Shown: piece after piece, positions 19,073 to 28,873 of the stretch
How the letters are laid out: the number at the start of each line of letters is the position of its first letter
Numbering within the stretch: the first letter of the stretch is position 1
NCBI GenBank assembly: GCA_003279715.1
Contig: QCGY01000004.1
Location: 32,694 to 96,693 of the forward strand
Direction of reading: 5' to 3'
DNA: 64,000 bases
Source: Pelagibacteraceae bacterium AG-390-D18
GTDB taxonomy: Bacteria; Pseudomonadota; Alphaproteobacteria; Pelagibacterales; Pelagibacteraceae
The notes under the pieces: generated by a model
The model's input: the letters and a program-made list of their open reading frames with translations, nothing else
The model's database searches: none
What the model was told of the DNA's origin: nothing
Program-made: the position numbers and the translations under genes

Positions 19073-20218
19073 TTAATCTGGAAATGGCAAAGATGTTATC
19101 GTCCCATTTCTTTTCTCCCCATCAAGAGTTTGGACAAATACATTTTCTCCAACATCCCAGTATTCTTTCAAAATCATTGATAAACCAATATTTTTTTTAA
19201 TTCTAGGAGAAAAAATTCCTGACGTTATCTGTCCAATTTTTTTATTATCTTTTGAGAAAACTTTTAATGGTTGTCCGGTTGCTGGACACGGATCACCATC
19301 AAAAATAATTCCCATCATTTTTTGTTTAATGCCTTCATTTTTAATTTTTGTTAAGGCTTTTTTTCCAATAAAATCATGTGACACATCATCTTTACAATAT
19401 TTTTCTAGATTGCACTCAAAAGGATTATTCTCTCCTGTAAAATCATTCCCATAAGACATAAGTCCACCTTCAATTCTATCAATTAGATTAGGGCAACCTG
19501 GTGAAATATTAAATTTTTTACCAGCTTCCCAAATTGTATCCCAAAGTTTTTCACCCATTTCAACTTTATCAAAATATTTTTCATGTACTTTAAAATAAAT
19601 TTCAAAACCATCTTGTTTACTGTATCCTGATCTTGCAATAACTTGTTTAGTTCCTTCAAAATCAATTACTCTAAAGTTAAAAAATTTAATTTTTTTTATT
19701 TCTTCACCGAATATAGAAACCAATAGCTCTTCTGATTTTGGCCCTTGAACTGCTAAAGGATAAACATCAGGTTCATCAATATTTACATCTAAGTTTAATC
19801 CCAAAGCATATCCTTTTGCCCATAATAAAATATCGGAGTCAGCTATTGAGATCCAAAACAAATCATCATCTAATTTAAGTAAGACAGGGTCATTTATCAT
19901 TCCAGCATTTTCATTTAGCATTGGTATATAAAAACATTTTCCTATCTCCATAGTTTTTATTGAACGAGGAGTTAATTTTTGAATCAATGAAGCAGCATCA
20001 GGACCACTTATCTGAACTTGTCTTTGACAAGAGACATCCCAAATTTGAACCTCCTTACTTAAGTGCCAGTAATCCTCCTCAACTGTATTTTTAAAACCTT
20101 TTGGTAAAAGCATGTGATTTACTACTGTAAAATCTGAGACACCATGTTCTTCAACTCTATTAGTGTAAGGAGTTCTTCTTATTCTTCTAGACATATTTAA
20201 TTTTATATTTTTGGTCAT
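19073..20218 (-). CDS. dmdA: DMSP demethylase DmdA-like protein (GcvT family), divergent paralogue
   Basis: RRIRRTPYT, NHMLLP, VQIWDV, WISIADSD, RSGYSKQ, GCPNLI resemble DmdA; some positions differ from the DmdA consensus as I recall it. Confidence 0.7.
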   Translation of the reverse strand: MTKNIKLNMSRRIRRTPYTNRVEEHGVSDFTVVNHMLLPKGFKNTVEEDYWHLSKEVQIWDVSCQRQVQISGPDAASLIQKLTPRSIKTMEIGKCFYIPMLNENAGMINDPVLLKLDDDLFWISIADSDILLWAKGYALGLNLDVNIDEPDVYPLAVQGPKSEELLVSIFGEEIKKIKFFNFRVIDFEGTKQVIARSGYSKQDGFEIYFKVHEKYFDKVEMGEKLWDTIWEAGKKFNISPGCPNLIDRIEGGLMSYGNDFTGENNPFECNLEKYCKDDVSHDFIGKKALTKIKNEGIKQKMMGIIFDGDPCPATGQPLKVFSKDNKKIGQITSGIFSPRIKKNIGLSMILKEYWDVGENVFVQTLDGEKRNGTITSLPFPD

Positions 20219-20240
20219 AAAAAATTTAATTATTTAATAA

Positions 20241-20576
20241 TTATTGAGACCACCAAATCGAATAACCGTTTGGTGATATAATTATTGGTAAATGATATTT
20301 TTTTTTAGGATCTTCCATTCTAAACTTTATTATTATTTCAGAAACAATTTTTTTTTTAGAAAAATAATCTGCTGTTTTACAAACCATTTCATAATCACAT
20401 GCACAGTCATCATTTGAAAGTTCGAAATCTTTTAGAATTCTACCACCATCATCTGTTTCAGTTTCAAAAAATATCTTTTTAACACCTAGGGAATTAATTT
20501 GATTAATAATTACTTTAACTCCACTAGCATGAGTTCCGTCTACTGAGTTAAGTAAGTGTGATGATAAAGTTGCCAT
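20241..20576 (-). CDS. Transthyretin-like / 5-hydroxyisourate hydrolase-fold protein, non-canonical
   Basis: LSSHLLN, TDDGGR, YHLPIIISPNGYS; ends IWWSQ instead of YRGS. Confidence 0.8.
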   Translation of the reverse strand: MATLSSHLLNSVDGTHASGVKVIINQINSLGVKKIFFETETDDGGRILKDFELSNDDCACDYEMVCKTADYFSKKKIVSEIIIKFRMEDPKKKYHLPIIISPNGYSIWWSQ

Positions 20577-20580
20577 ATAT

Positions 20581-22323
20581 TTATTCTATTGAGGCCTTAT
20601 CTCTTTTGTCACTAACAGCAGCAACTATTGGGCTTATAACACCTTTTGCCTTTACGTTGATACATGCTGTTTTTCCACTTTCTAATGCTCTTTTCAATGC
20701 TGGAGCAAGTTGTTCTCTCTTTGTAACTAACTCTCCATGACCTCCAAAACCTTCAAAAACTTTATGAAAAGGTATATCTCTAAAATCAGTTGCAAAATGT
20801 TTTCCACTTTCAAATAATCTTTCTTGTTGTTGTGATATACAATCTAATCCACCATTATTATCAATTACTACCACAATAGGTTTGTTCTCTTGAAAAGCAG
20901 CCTCTATAGATAAACCTCCAGATAAAAAAGCCCCATCTCCACTTATTAAGATAACATTTGATTCAGGGTTTATATTTTTCGCAGAAAGTGCAAATGGAAC
21001 ACCAACACCCAACATACTAAATGTACCAGGATGAAGAATTCCACCTATTTTTTTTCCTTTTGATCCAGCAATATTTATTGCAATTTCAGACCAGAAGTGA
21101 GTATTACCTCCGTCAATAACCAACCAATCTTTTTCACCAATAGCATCTTGTACATCCAAAGCTAATTGAAGTGGATGCATTTTACCTCCGTTGGCTTCAG
21201 CATCTTTTGTCTCTTTACTTAAATCTTTTAAAGTCTTATCTACCCATTCTTGTTTTTTTGTTCTGTTGAGATCAAACCATTCATTACTTAAATTCCATTT
21301 ATTATTTAATTTAAGTTTATTTAATGTGTCAAAAAAAACTCCTGGATCGCATAATAAATTTATATCTGCGGCTCTATTAAGTTCTATTTCTTCATGAGAC
21401 CCATTAATACATACAAGTTTAGTTGATTTAGGAAAAAGTGGTGGGTTTCCAAAATTCATTTGATTATCTAATCTAGCTCCAACCATCAATACCAAATCAG
21501 AGTCATGTAATGCAAATTTTGAAGGAGGGTATTGATGAATATCAGCTAAACCCATATAAGCATTAGCTTCTTCTCCAAGTAATTTTTGGTGATAAGGAAT
21601 ATTAAATATTGGAATTTTCAAATTATTGCCAACTTCTTCTAATTTTTTTTCAGATCCAGACCACCAAACTCCATGACCACCAATTAAAACTGGTTTTTTT
21701 GAATTACTTGCAAGTTCTAATATTTCTGACATTTGTGCTGGGTCAGGCCAAGCTTTTACAATTGTTTTTGTTTGATGTGAAAATGGTCTTTCTTCAAGTC
21801 CTGCGTCTTCAGAAAAAGATGAAAACATAATATCAACAGGCATACTTAAATGTACCGCACCAGGATATCCATTTGTTGCAATTTTATATGCCTTATCTAC
21901 AAATTCTCTAATTCTAGTTCCATCAGTTATACTTGCACTGTATTTTGTTAGAGGTGCAGCAATTGCAACATCATCAATTTCTTTAAATCCCCCTGAGCCT
22001 TGTCTTTTTAAACTGCTTGAACCAGTTATGAATATTACAGGTGATCGTTCACCCCAAGCCTCCATCATTGATGGAACAGCATTTGCAAACCCTTCAGGAC
22101 CAACAAGACAAACAGCCGGTTTTCTTGTAATTCTTGTATGTCCATCAGCTATGTGACCTGCTACTTGCTCGTGAGGACAATTGATTACTTCCATTTGACA
22201 CTCCATAAACCCCTCTAAAGCAGGATTACAAAACCCACCAGATAATGTAAAAACATGTTGAATCCCTTTGTCTTTTAATGCTCTAGCGATAAGCGATCCA
22301 CCTCTAATTTTTTTTTCTGACAT
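20581..22323 (-). CDS. Thiamine-pyrophosphate-dependent enzyme (acetolactate synthase / 2-hydroxyacyl-CoA lyase-like)
   Basis: HEQ catalytic Glu, GDGAF...NN TPP-binding motif. Confidence 0.9.
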   Translation of the reverse strand: MSEKKIRGGSLIARALKDKGIQHVFTLSGGFCNPALEGFMECQMEVINCPHEQVAGHIADGHTRITRKPAVCLVGPEGFANAVPSMMEAWGERSPVIFITGSSSLKRQGSGGFKEIDDVAIAAPLTKYSASITDGTRIREFVDKAYKIATNGYPGAVHLSMPVDIMFSSFSEDAGLEERPFSHQTKTIVKAWPDPAQMSEILELASNSKKPVLIGGHGVWWSGSEKKLEEVGNNLKIPIFNIPYHQKLLGEEANAYMGLADIHQYPPSKFALHDSDLVLMVGARLDNQMNFGNPPLFPKSTKLVCINGSHEEIELNRAADINLLCDPGVFFDTLNKLKLNNKWNLSNEWFDLNRTKKQEWVDKTLKDLSKETKDAEANGGKMHPLQLALDVQDAIGEKDWLVIDGGNTHFWSEIAINIAGSKGKKIGGILHPGTFSMLGVGVPFALSAKNINPESNVILISGDGAFLSGGLSIEAAFQENKPIVVVIDNNGGLDCISQQQERLFESGKHFATDFRDIPFHKVFEGFGGHGELVTKREQLAPALKRALESGKTACINVKAKGVISPIVAAVSDKRDKASIE

Positions 22324-22327
22324 TTTT

Positions 22328-23482
22328 TTAGTATTTCATATTTTCAATAAATTTTTTAGCAATTATTTCTGATGTCACATCATTTATATCAGTTAAACCA
22401 ACTAAACCTAGTGCTGTACTTAATTCGTCTTTAATAATATCTAAAATTCTTCTTAAACCTTTTTCGCCATGAGCTCCAATACCATACATTAGTGGTCTTC
22501 CAAGCATTACATAATTTGCACCTAGTGCTAAAGCTCTTATAATATCACTTCCACCTCTAACACCGCTATCAAATAGCAGAGGAAACTCTTTACCTAATGC
22601 ATTTCTTATCAATGGTAATGCTTCGATTGCTGCCGTAGCACTATCTAATTGTCTTCCACCATGGTTAGATACTTGTATAGCATCAACCCCTTCATCCTTT
22701 ATTTTTAGAGCATCCTCTGGTGACATTACTCCTTTAATTATTAATTTTCCTTTCCAAGCATCCCTTACTCTTTTGAGAGTTCCCCAATCCGTAGCTCCTC
22801 TGCTTTCACTTCTTACAAATTTATTACCACTCTTTGATGTTTCATAGTTCATTGGTTTTGGAATACCACCAAGCAAGGTTGTTAAAGACCAATGAGGATG
22901 AGTTGCAAAATCAAACATTTGTTTAGGACCTATTTTAAAAGGGACAGTAAAACCATTTTTATTATCTTTAGCCCTTCTAAATTGAATTGGAACATCTACA
23001 GTTAGTATTGCCACTTTATAACCAGTTTGTTCTGCTCTTTGTAAAAGCTCCATTACAAAATCTTCTTGGAAATTATATAATTGAATCCAAGATCGACCTT
23101 CGGACAATTCGTACATTTTTTCTAAAGATGTTGAGGAGGCCATTGACACACATGCAGGCACATTATTTACAATACTTTCTTTAGCTAACATTTTATCTGC
23201 ACCAGTCCAGGTTAAGTTACACATACCCATTGGTGAAAAACCAAATGGTTGATCAAATTCAATATCTAAAAATTTCTTTTTTAAATTTCTATTTTCAACA
23301 TTTCTTAAAACTTTTGGTTCAAGCCTAATTTGATCTAAGGCTGTACTGTTAATTTCACAAAGTTTTTCATCACCTGAGGCACCATCAACAAAATCAAACA
23401 TTAATTTTGGCATTCTTTTCTTTGCTAAATTTCTAGCGTCGACTAAGCTGTGAATTTTTTTACTTGCAGTTATATTGTTCAT
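22328..23482 (-). CDS. FMN-dependent alpha-hydroxy acid oxidase/dehydrogenase (LldD/GOX family)
   Basis: QLY, LTVDVP, IIKG, SNHGGRQLD, DSGVRGG. Confidence 0.92.
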   Translation of the reverse strand: MNNITASKKIHSLVDARNLAKKRMPKLMFDFVDGASGDEKLCEINSTALDQIRLEPKVLRNVENRNLKKKFLDIEFDQPFGFSPMGMCNLTWTGADKMLAKESIVNNVPACVSMASSTSLEKMYELSEGRSWIQLYNFQEDFVMELLQRAEQTGYKVAILTVDVPIQFRRAKDNKNGFTVPFKIGPKQMFDFATHPHWSLTTLLGGIPKPMNYETSKSGNKFVRSESRGATDWGTLKRVRDAWKGKLIIKGVMSPEDALKIKDEGVDAIQVSNHGGRQLDSATAAIEALPLIRNALGKEFPLLFDSGVRGGSDIIRALALGANYVMLGRPLMYGIGAHGEKGLRRILDIIKDELSTALGLVGLTDINDVTSEIIAKKFIENMKY

Positions 23483-24168
23483 ATATTCTTTATAAATTCT
23501 TTCAGATTAATTTTTTTATCTTTATCTAAAAAATAAGCTGTGTGATTTTTTCTTGAAGAATAAACTTCAGTTGGTTTTCCGTCAACAAAAACTACTGCCA
23601 CACCATCATCGATTGCAATACCTGGAGGCAAGTTATTATTTTTAATATGTGACTCAAATTCATTTATTCTTCCAATATTAGATGAATGGGGAGTGCAGCT
23701 TCCTGAAATCAGATTAATTCCTCGCAAGGGATTAAATCCTGGCCCAACAGAGTCTGATAATATCCAGTCAAACCAACATACTGCTCCAGCACTAATACCA
23801 GATAAAATAATTCCTTTTTCATAGGCATCTTTAAAGATATGTTCTAATTTATTTTTCTTCCAAATCTCTAACATAAAGACGGTATTACCACCTCCTATGT
23901 AAACTAAGTCTTTACTCATTATCCACTCAGAAAATCCATTTATATTAGATGTTAGGTTAAAATGTGATAATTCAAATTCAGTATTTTCAAATCTTTTATA
24001 AAATAAGGTTATTTTTTTTTTATCATCTTTGCTAGCTGTCGCTAAAAATCCGATTTTATTATTTGTTCTTTTTAATTTATCTATGACAAATTGATCTAAA
24101 CTTAGATCTAACTGATGTGTAAAACCACCACCACCTATTGCAATTATTTTTTTTTCTATATTGTTCAT
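23479..24168 (-). CDS. pepE: Peptidase E family (S51)
   Basis: AIGGGG, TAS, GGGNT, GISAG nucleophile, PH. Confidence 0.82.
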   Translation of the reverse strand: MNNIEKKIIAIGGGGFTHQLDLSLDQFVIDKLKRTNNKIGFLATASKDDKKKITLFYKRFENTEFELSHFNLTSNINGFSEWIMSKDLVYIGGGNTVFMLEIWKKNKLEHIFKDAYEKGIILSGISAGAVCWFDWILSDSVGPGFNPLRGINLISGSCTPHSSNIGRINEFESHIKNNNLPPGIAIDDGVAVVFVDGKPTEVYSSRKNHTAYFLDKDKKINLKEFIKNI

Positions 24169-24223
24169 TTAATTAAATTTAAAATTTAAAATAATATATA
24201 ATATCAATTACAAAAAGTTTTTA

Positions 24224-24952
24224 ATGATGAAAACTATATCTAAAAAAATAGCCCCAACAGGAGAGCTACGTGTTGGTTTGAATATGAGTAATTTTTTACT
24301 CGTTAATTCAGAAGATGCAAATGGATTACCAGATGGTGTATCTCCAGATATTGGAAAAAAACTTGCTAAAGAACTAAACTTAAATTGTAAATTAGTTCAA
24401 TTTGAGAGGCCAGGACTATTAGCTGATGCAGTTGATGATGATAAATGGGATATTGGCAATATAGCTTATGAGAAGGAGAGGAGCAAAACTATAGATTTTA
24501 GCAATCCATATGTGAATATTGATGCAAATTTTATCTTTAGGAATAAGCACAACTTTAAGAGTAATGAAGAGATTAATTCTTCGGGTATTAAGATAGTAGT
24601 AGTTGAAAGAAGTGCATATGATTTATGGTTATCTGATAACTTTAAAAACGCTGAATTAATTAAAGTAAAAACAATAGATAGCTCACATAAATTATTTAGA
24701 GAAGGTAGTGTAGATGTTCTAGCTGGTTTAAAACCTAAGCTCTTAGAAGAACTTGAAAGAAATAATGATTTTAAAATAATATCAAATCCATTTACTTTTA
24801 TAAAACAATCAGTTGGTATTAAAAAAGGTAATCCTGAAATATTAGAGTTTTTAAATGATTTTATTTCAAAACTTATTAAAGAGGGTTATGTAGAAAGTTT
24901 ATTAAAAAAACATAACGTTCAAAACAAATTAAGTATTCCTAAAATTGATTAG
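24224..24952 (+). CDS. Family-3 (polar amino acid) solute-binding domain protein, orphan, no signal peptide
   Basis: APTGELRVG, PDGVSPDI, ERSKTIDFSNPY. Confidence 0.8.
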   Translation: MMKTISKKIAPTGELRVGLNMSNFLLVNSEDANGLPDGVSPDIGKKLAKELNLNCKLVQFERPGLLADAVDDDKWDIGNIAYEKERSKTIDFSNPYVNIDANFIFRNKHNFKSNEEINSSGIKIVVVERSAYDLWLSDNFKNAELIKVKTIDSSHKLFREGSVDVLAGLKPKLLEELERNNDFKIISNPFTFIKQSVGIKKGNPEILEFLNDFISKLIKEGYVESLLKKHNVQNKLSIPKID

Positions 24953-26172
24953 CTTTTAATTCCTGGCCACGGTTCAGCCTTTGTGGGTATTTTTTTATCT
25001 ACACCTCTTACTATCTCACCTTTTGGATCGTACATGGGTAATTTACAAAGTTCAGCTTTGTGAATTTTTTCATCAGTGCACTCCACATCAACTACTGTTC
25101 CAGGCCCTAAGTCTGACTTGTCTAATAACACAATACCAACCCCACAAACTTGGTAAGGAGACCATGTGCTTGATGTTACTTTTCCAATACATTGATTATT
25201 TAATTTAATAGACCTTCCTTTTTTTGCTATTCCATCAACTACTCTAATACCCCAACTTCGACATTCTTTATCTGCATTTATCAGAGCATTTTTACCTATA
25301 AAGTTATCTTTTTCTAAATCAACAAAACGGCCAAGACCTACAGAAAAGGGATTTGTTTCATTTGAAAAATCTTGTCCCGCAGATAATAATCCAGCTTCAA
25401 TTCTTCTACCTCTAAATGAAGGTGTTGCTGTAATAATCATTCCTATTTTTTTTCCTTCTTCAAGAATAAGATCACCTAATTTTTCTATATTATTTTCAGG
25501 ACGAAAATAAATCTCCCAGCCAAGTTCATTTGTAAAACCAGTTCGACTAATTATTACCTTTTCACTAGCCATGGTAATTTCAACCCAGTCAAAATATTTC
25601 CATGTATTTGCTATCGGTTCATCAATTAAATGGTTAAGAAGTTCCATTGATTTAGGTCCTTGAATTTGACTTACAAATACATTTGGTTCTTTAATTTCAA
25701 CATCAAGTCCTTCAGAATTAGCTTTATACCATGAAAGCATGTCACCATCTGCTTGAGCAAACCAATAACAATTATCTTCAATTCTTAAAAGTAAACCATC
25801 AGTAATTATTCCACCATCATGGTAACAGGCAAACTGATAGGAACATCTTCCTTTTTTAACTTTTGAAATATCTCTAGGAAAAATTCTTTGCAATAATTTA
25901 AGAGCGTCTGGTCCTGAAATTTCATAAGGATGCTCTCCTGTATGTCGAAGAATAATCTCTTGTTTTGTTTTCCAGTACTGCTCATCTGGAGTAGCATTAG
26001 ATAATTTTTCAGTTGTAAGTCGACCAGCATAATGTGAATACTCTGGGTCATAAGGTAGCTCCTGATAAGTCAATGGATGTATGCTCATAGTCCTTGCTAG
26101 CTCAACAGGTCTATCGCCTTCCTCTCTTTGGGGTTTAATAGAAAACCTTATATTTCTTAAAGATTTATGCAT
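24949..26172 (-). CDS. GcvT-family aminomethyltransferase/demethylase
   Basis: GPDA..LLQ, QIQGPKS, SRTGFTNELGWEIY, RIEAG; ATG at 26172 preferred over the GTG at 26244. Confidence 0.88.
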   Translation of the reverse strand: MHKSLRNIRFSIKPQREEGDRPVELARTMSIHPLTYQELPYDPEYSHYAGRLTTEKLSNATPDEQYWKTKQEIILRHTGEHPYEISGPDALKLLQRIFPRDISKVKKGRCSYQFACYHDGGIITDGLLLRIEDNCYWFAQADGDMLSWYKANSEGLDVEIKEPNVFVSQIQGPKSMELLNHLIDEPIANTWKYFDWVEITMASEKVIISRTGFTNELGWEIYFRPENNIEKLGDLILEEGKKIGMIITATPSFRGRRIEAGLLSAGQDFSNETNPFSVGLGRFVDLEKDNFIGKNALINADKECRSWGIRVVDGIAKKGRSIKLNNQCIGKVTSSTWSPYQVCGVGIVLLDKSDLGPGTVVDVECTDEKIHKAELCKLPMYDPKGEIVRGVDKKIPTKAEPWPGIKS

Positions 26173-26330
26173 AGAATTTTTTATTAAATTAAAAATAAAT
26201 TTTAATCCAGTTATATCATAAATGAGAAAACCTAAAATGGGCACAACCTTTGATTGTATACTACATTAGTATTGTTCTAAATTTTGTAAGATGTTAGCCT
26301 TTCATAAAAAACAAACAGAGGAAATTAATA

Positions 26331-27818
26331 ATGAAAAACATTTTTAAATTGATATCAATTTCTTTGGTATCTTTACTAGTACTGTTTTCATCTGCCAATG
26401 CTTCAAGTGGAACTTTTAAACTTTCCCATGACCTTGGATTTGGAAAAGATACTAACCTGGACGCAATAACTAAGGGTCGATTATTTCAAGTTGTAATAAT
26501 GACTCAAAATCGATTGGTAAGAAAAGATCTTAAGGGAGTGGTATCTGAAGAATTGGCTACAAAATGGTCATCAAATAAAGACGCAACAGAGTGGACTTTT
26601 AATCTTCGTAAAGGAGTTAAATTTCATGATGGATCAGATTTTGATGCTGAAGATGTAAAATATTCTTTAATGAGAGTTAAAGATCCAGAAATTGGATCGC
26701 CTGCAAAAAAAAGCTTAAGCGTTGTAACTGATATAGAGATAATTGATTCTCATACAGTTAAAATGAAATTAAGCACTTCTTTTGCGGATTTTCCTCTTAA
26801 TTTAACTGATTACAGATTAAGAATGATACCTTCAGGATCTGGAGATACTATTGGGCAAACTGGAATTGGAACAGGACCTTTTATAGTTGAAAAATTTGAT
26901 GCAGAAGGAACTACAATTTTAAAAGCTAACCCAAATTATTGGGAAGGTGCACCTGGACTTGCTGAAGTTCATGTAATAGCTATACCCGATGGAGAAGCGA
27001 GAGTGCAAGCTCTATTAACTGGTCAAATTGATATGAATAGATATGTTCAATTTAGTCAGAAAAAAATCTTTGATGGTAATCCTAAATTCAAAACTTCAGT
27101 TATACCGACAGGTAACTGGAGAGGAATGGTTATGAATACTGAACGAGCTCCTTTTGATGATCCAAATGTTAGAAAAGCTGTTCGTTTAGCTGTTGATAGA
27201 CAAGAGCTAGTTGATACTGTTATGGGTGGAGAAGCAATTGTATCATGTGATACACCTGTTTCACCAGCTGATCAATATAGACTTAAAATGAGGTGTCCTC
27301 AAAACATCAAAAAAGCAAAAAAACTTTTAGCTGATGCTGGATATCCTAATGGAATAGAGATGGTAATTCATGTTTCAACTAAAGAACCAACTTGGCCAAC
27401 TATTGCTGAAGTAATTCAACAACAAGTAGCTAAAGCAGGTATTAAAGTTGAAATTAAAATGACACCATCAAAAAGTTACTGGAAAGAAACTTGGATGAAA
27501 AAAGATGTTGCTATGACGCGTTGGAATGAAAGATCTGCTGATAGTGTACTTCATGAAGTTTATCATAGTAGCGCAAAATGGAATGAGTCTTATTATAAAA
27601 GTTCTGACTTTGATGAAAATCTAGCTAGTGCTAGAGCGGAGCTAAACTTTAAAAAGAGAAGATCAGCCTACAGAAATGCACAAAAAACTTTATGGGAAGA
27701 ATCTGGAACTATGATTCCGTACCATGTTTCTAAATTAGTAGTTACTAATTCTAGAGTAAAAAACCTTGATGAAGTTGAGGTTTTTTCAGTTCAGTGGCAT
27801 AAAGTTAAAGTAGACTAA
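26331..27818 (+). CDS. Family-5 (peptide/nickel type) ABC solute-binding protein
   Basis: Signal peptide, WTFNLRKGVKFHDG, GTGPF, VRKAV..AVDR. Confidence 0.92.
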   Translation: MKNIFKLISISLVSLLVLFSSANASSGTFKLSHDLGFGKDTNLDAITKGRLFQVVIMTQNRLVRKDLKGVVSEELATKWSSNKDATEWTFNLRKGVKFHDGSDFDAEDVKYSLMRVKDPEIGSPAKKSLSVVTDIEIIDSHTVKMKLSTSFADFPLNLTDYRLRMIPSGSGDTIGQTGIGTGPFIVEKFDAEGTTILKANPNYWEGAPGLAEVHVIAIPDGEARVQALLTGQIDMNRYVQFSQKKIFDGNPKFKTSVIPTGNWRGMVMNTERAPFDDPNVRKAVRLAVDRQELVDTVMGGEAIVSCDTPVSPADQYRLKMRCPQNIKKAKKLLADAGYPNGIEMVIHVSTKEPTWPTIAEVIQQQVAKAGIKVEIKMTPSKSYWKETWMKKDVAMTRWNERSADSVLHEVYHSSAKWNESYYKSSDFDENLASARAELNFKKRRSAYRNAQKTLWEESGTMIPYHVSKLVVTNSRVKNLDEVEVFSVQWHKVKVD

Positions 27819-27829
27819 TATAAAATAAT

Positions 27830-27861
27830 ATTTTACAGGCCTTTAAATAGGCCTGTAAAAT
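27830..27861 (+). terminator. 13-bp hairpin after the SBP gene
   Basis: ATTTTACAGGCCT-TTAAAT-AGGCCTGTAAAAT. Confidence 0.7.
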
Positions 27862-27913
27862 TTACTTCATTTATCAGTAATTAATTTTTTAATTTAGGTT
27901 TATAAACTGAAAT

Positions 27914-28870
27914 ATGTTTTTTTTGATTTTTAAAAGATTTGTATTAGGTTTAATTACATTATTTATTGTATCTTTAATTACTTTTATAGGCGTTGAAATA
28001 TTACCAGGCGATGCTTGCACTTCTTATCTAGAAAGAGAAGCTTTTGGTGAAGCTTTAGCAGCATGTATTAAGCGCTTGGGATTAGATGTTCCAGCATATG
28101 AACGATATTTATCTTGGGCATTTAATGTCATTCAAGGTGATTTTGGTTATTCATTAAGTGGCCAAATGCAAATTAATGAAGTCTTAGGTCCAAGAATAAA
28201 AAATTCATTGGTTCTCGCTTCTGCAGCAATAATTATTGGTATCCCATTAGCATTAATCTTAGGAATAATCACAGCTCTTTGGAGAGATAAAATGCCAGAT
28301 ATAATCATTTCAACAGTTGCGATATTTTCAATGACTATTCCAGAATTTATAAGTGCTACTTTACTGATCTTAATAGTAGCAATATGGTTAGAGTGGTTAC
28401 CTGGTATAGTAATTGTACCAACAGATGTCACTTTTTTTGAATTACTTCCTAACATCATTTTACCAGTGATTGCAATTGCAATGATAATGACTGCTCATAT
28501 GGCTCGAATGGTTCGGTCAAGCGTTATTCAAGTAATGGCAAGTGATTATATTCAAATGGCAATATTAAAAGGAGTGCCATATTGGAAAATGGTTTTCAAA
28601 CATGTATTACCAAATGCATTATTGCCAGCAATTAATGTAGTCGCTTTAACTATTGCTTGGTTATTAGGCGGGGTAGTTGTAACTGAAGTGGTATTTAATT
28701 ATCCAGGACTAGGTAGATTGGTAATTGAGTCGATATCTAATAGAGATTTACCAGTAGTTCAAGCTTTAGGTATTATTCTTGCATCTATTTACGTTAGTAT
28801 AAATTTTATAGCTGATTTATTAACGTTAATGTTAAACCCAAGATTAAAGACATTGCAAACTAGAAAATAA
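27914..28870 (+). CDS. DppB/OppB-type ABC permease
   Basis: LPGD, GDFGYS, EVVFNYPGLG, RDLPVVQ, LNPR. Confidence 0.92.
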   Translation: MFFLIFKRFVLGLITLFIVSLITFIGVEILPGDACTSYLEREAFGEALAACIKRLGLDVPAYERYLSWAFNVIQGDFGYSLSGQMQINEVLGPRIKNSLVLASAAIIIGIPLALILGIITALWRDKMPDIIISTVAIFSMTIPEFISATLLILIVAIWLEWLPGIVIVPTDVTFFELLPNIILPVIAIAMIMTAHMARMVRSSVIQVMASDYIQMAILKGVPYWKMVFKHVLPNALLPAINVVALTIAWLLGGVVVTEVVFNYPGLGRLVIESISNRDLPVVQALGIILASIYVSINFIADLLTLMLNPRLKTLQTRK

Positions 28871-28873
28871 AAA

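Noticed and set aside
26173-26244. 24-aa N-terminal extension of the GcvT-family ORF from GTG 26244
   Set aside because: Low-complexity, overlaps the expected divergent promoter region; ATG 26172 is more plausible
26173-26330. Possible riboswitch (glycine or SAM type) in the divergent gap before the GcvT-family gene
   Set aside because: AT-rich with no recognisable aptamer motifs or stable stems by eye; an Infernal/Rfam scan would be needed to exclude it fully
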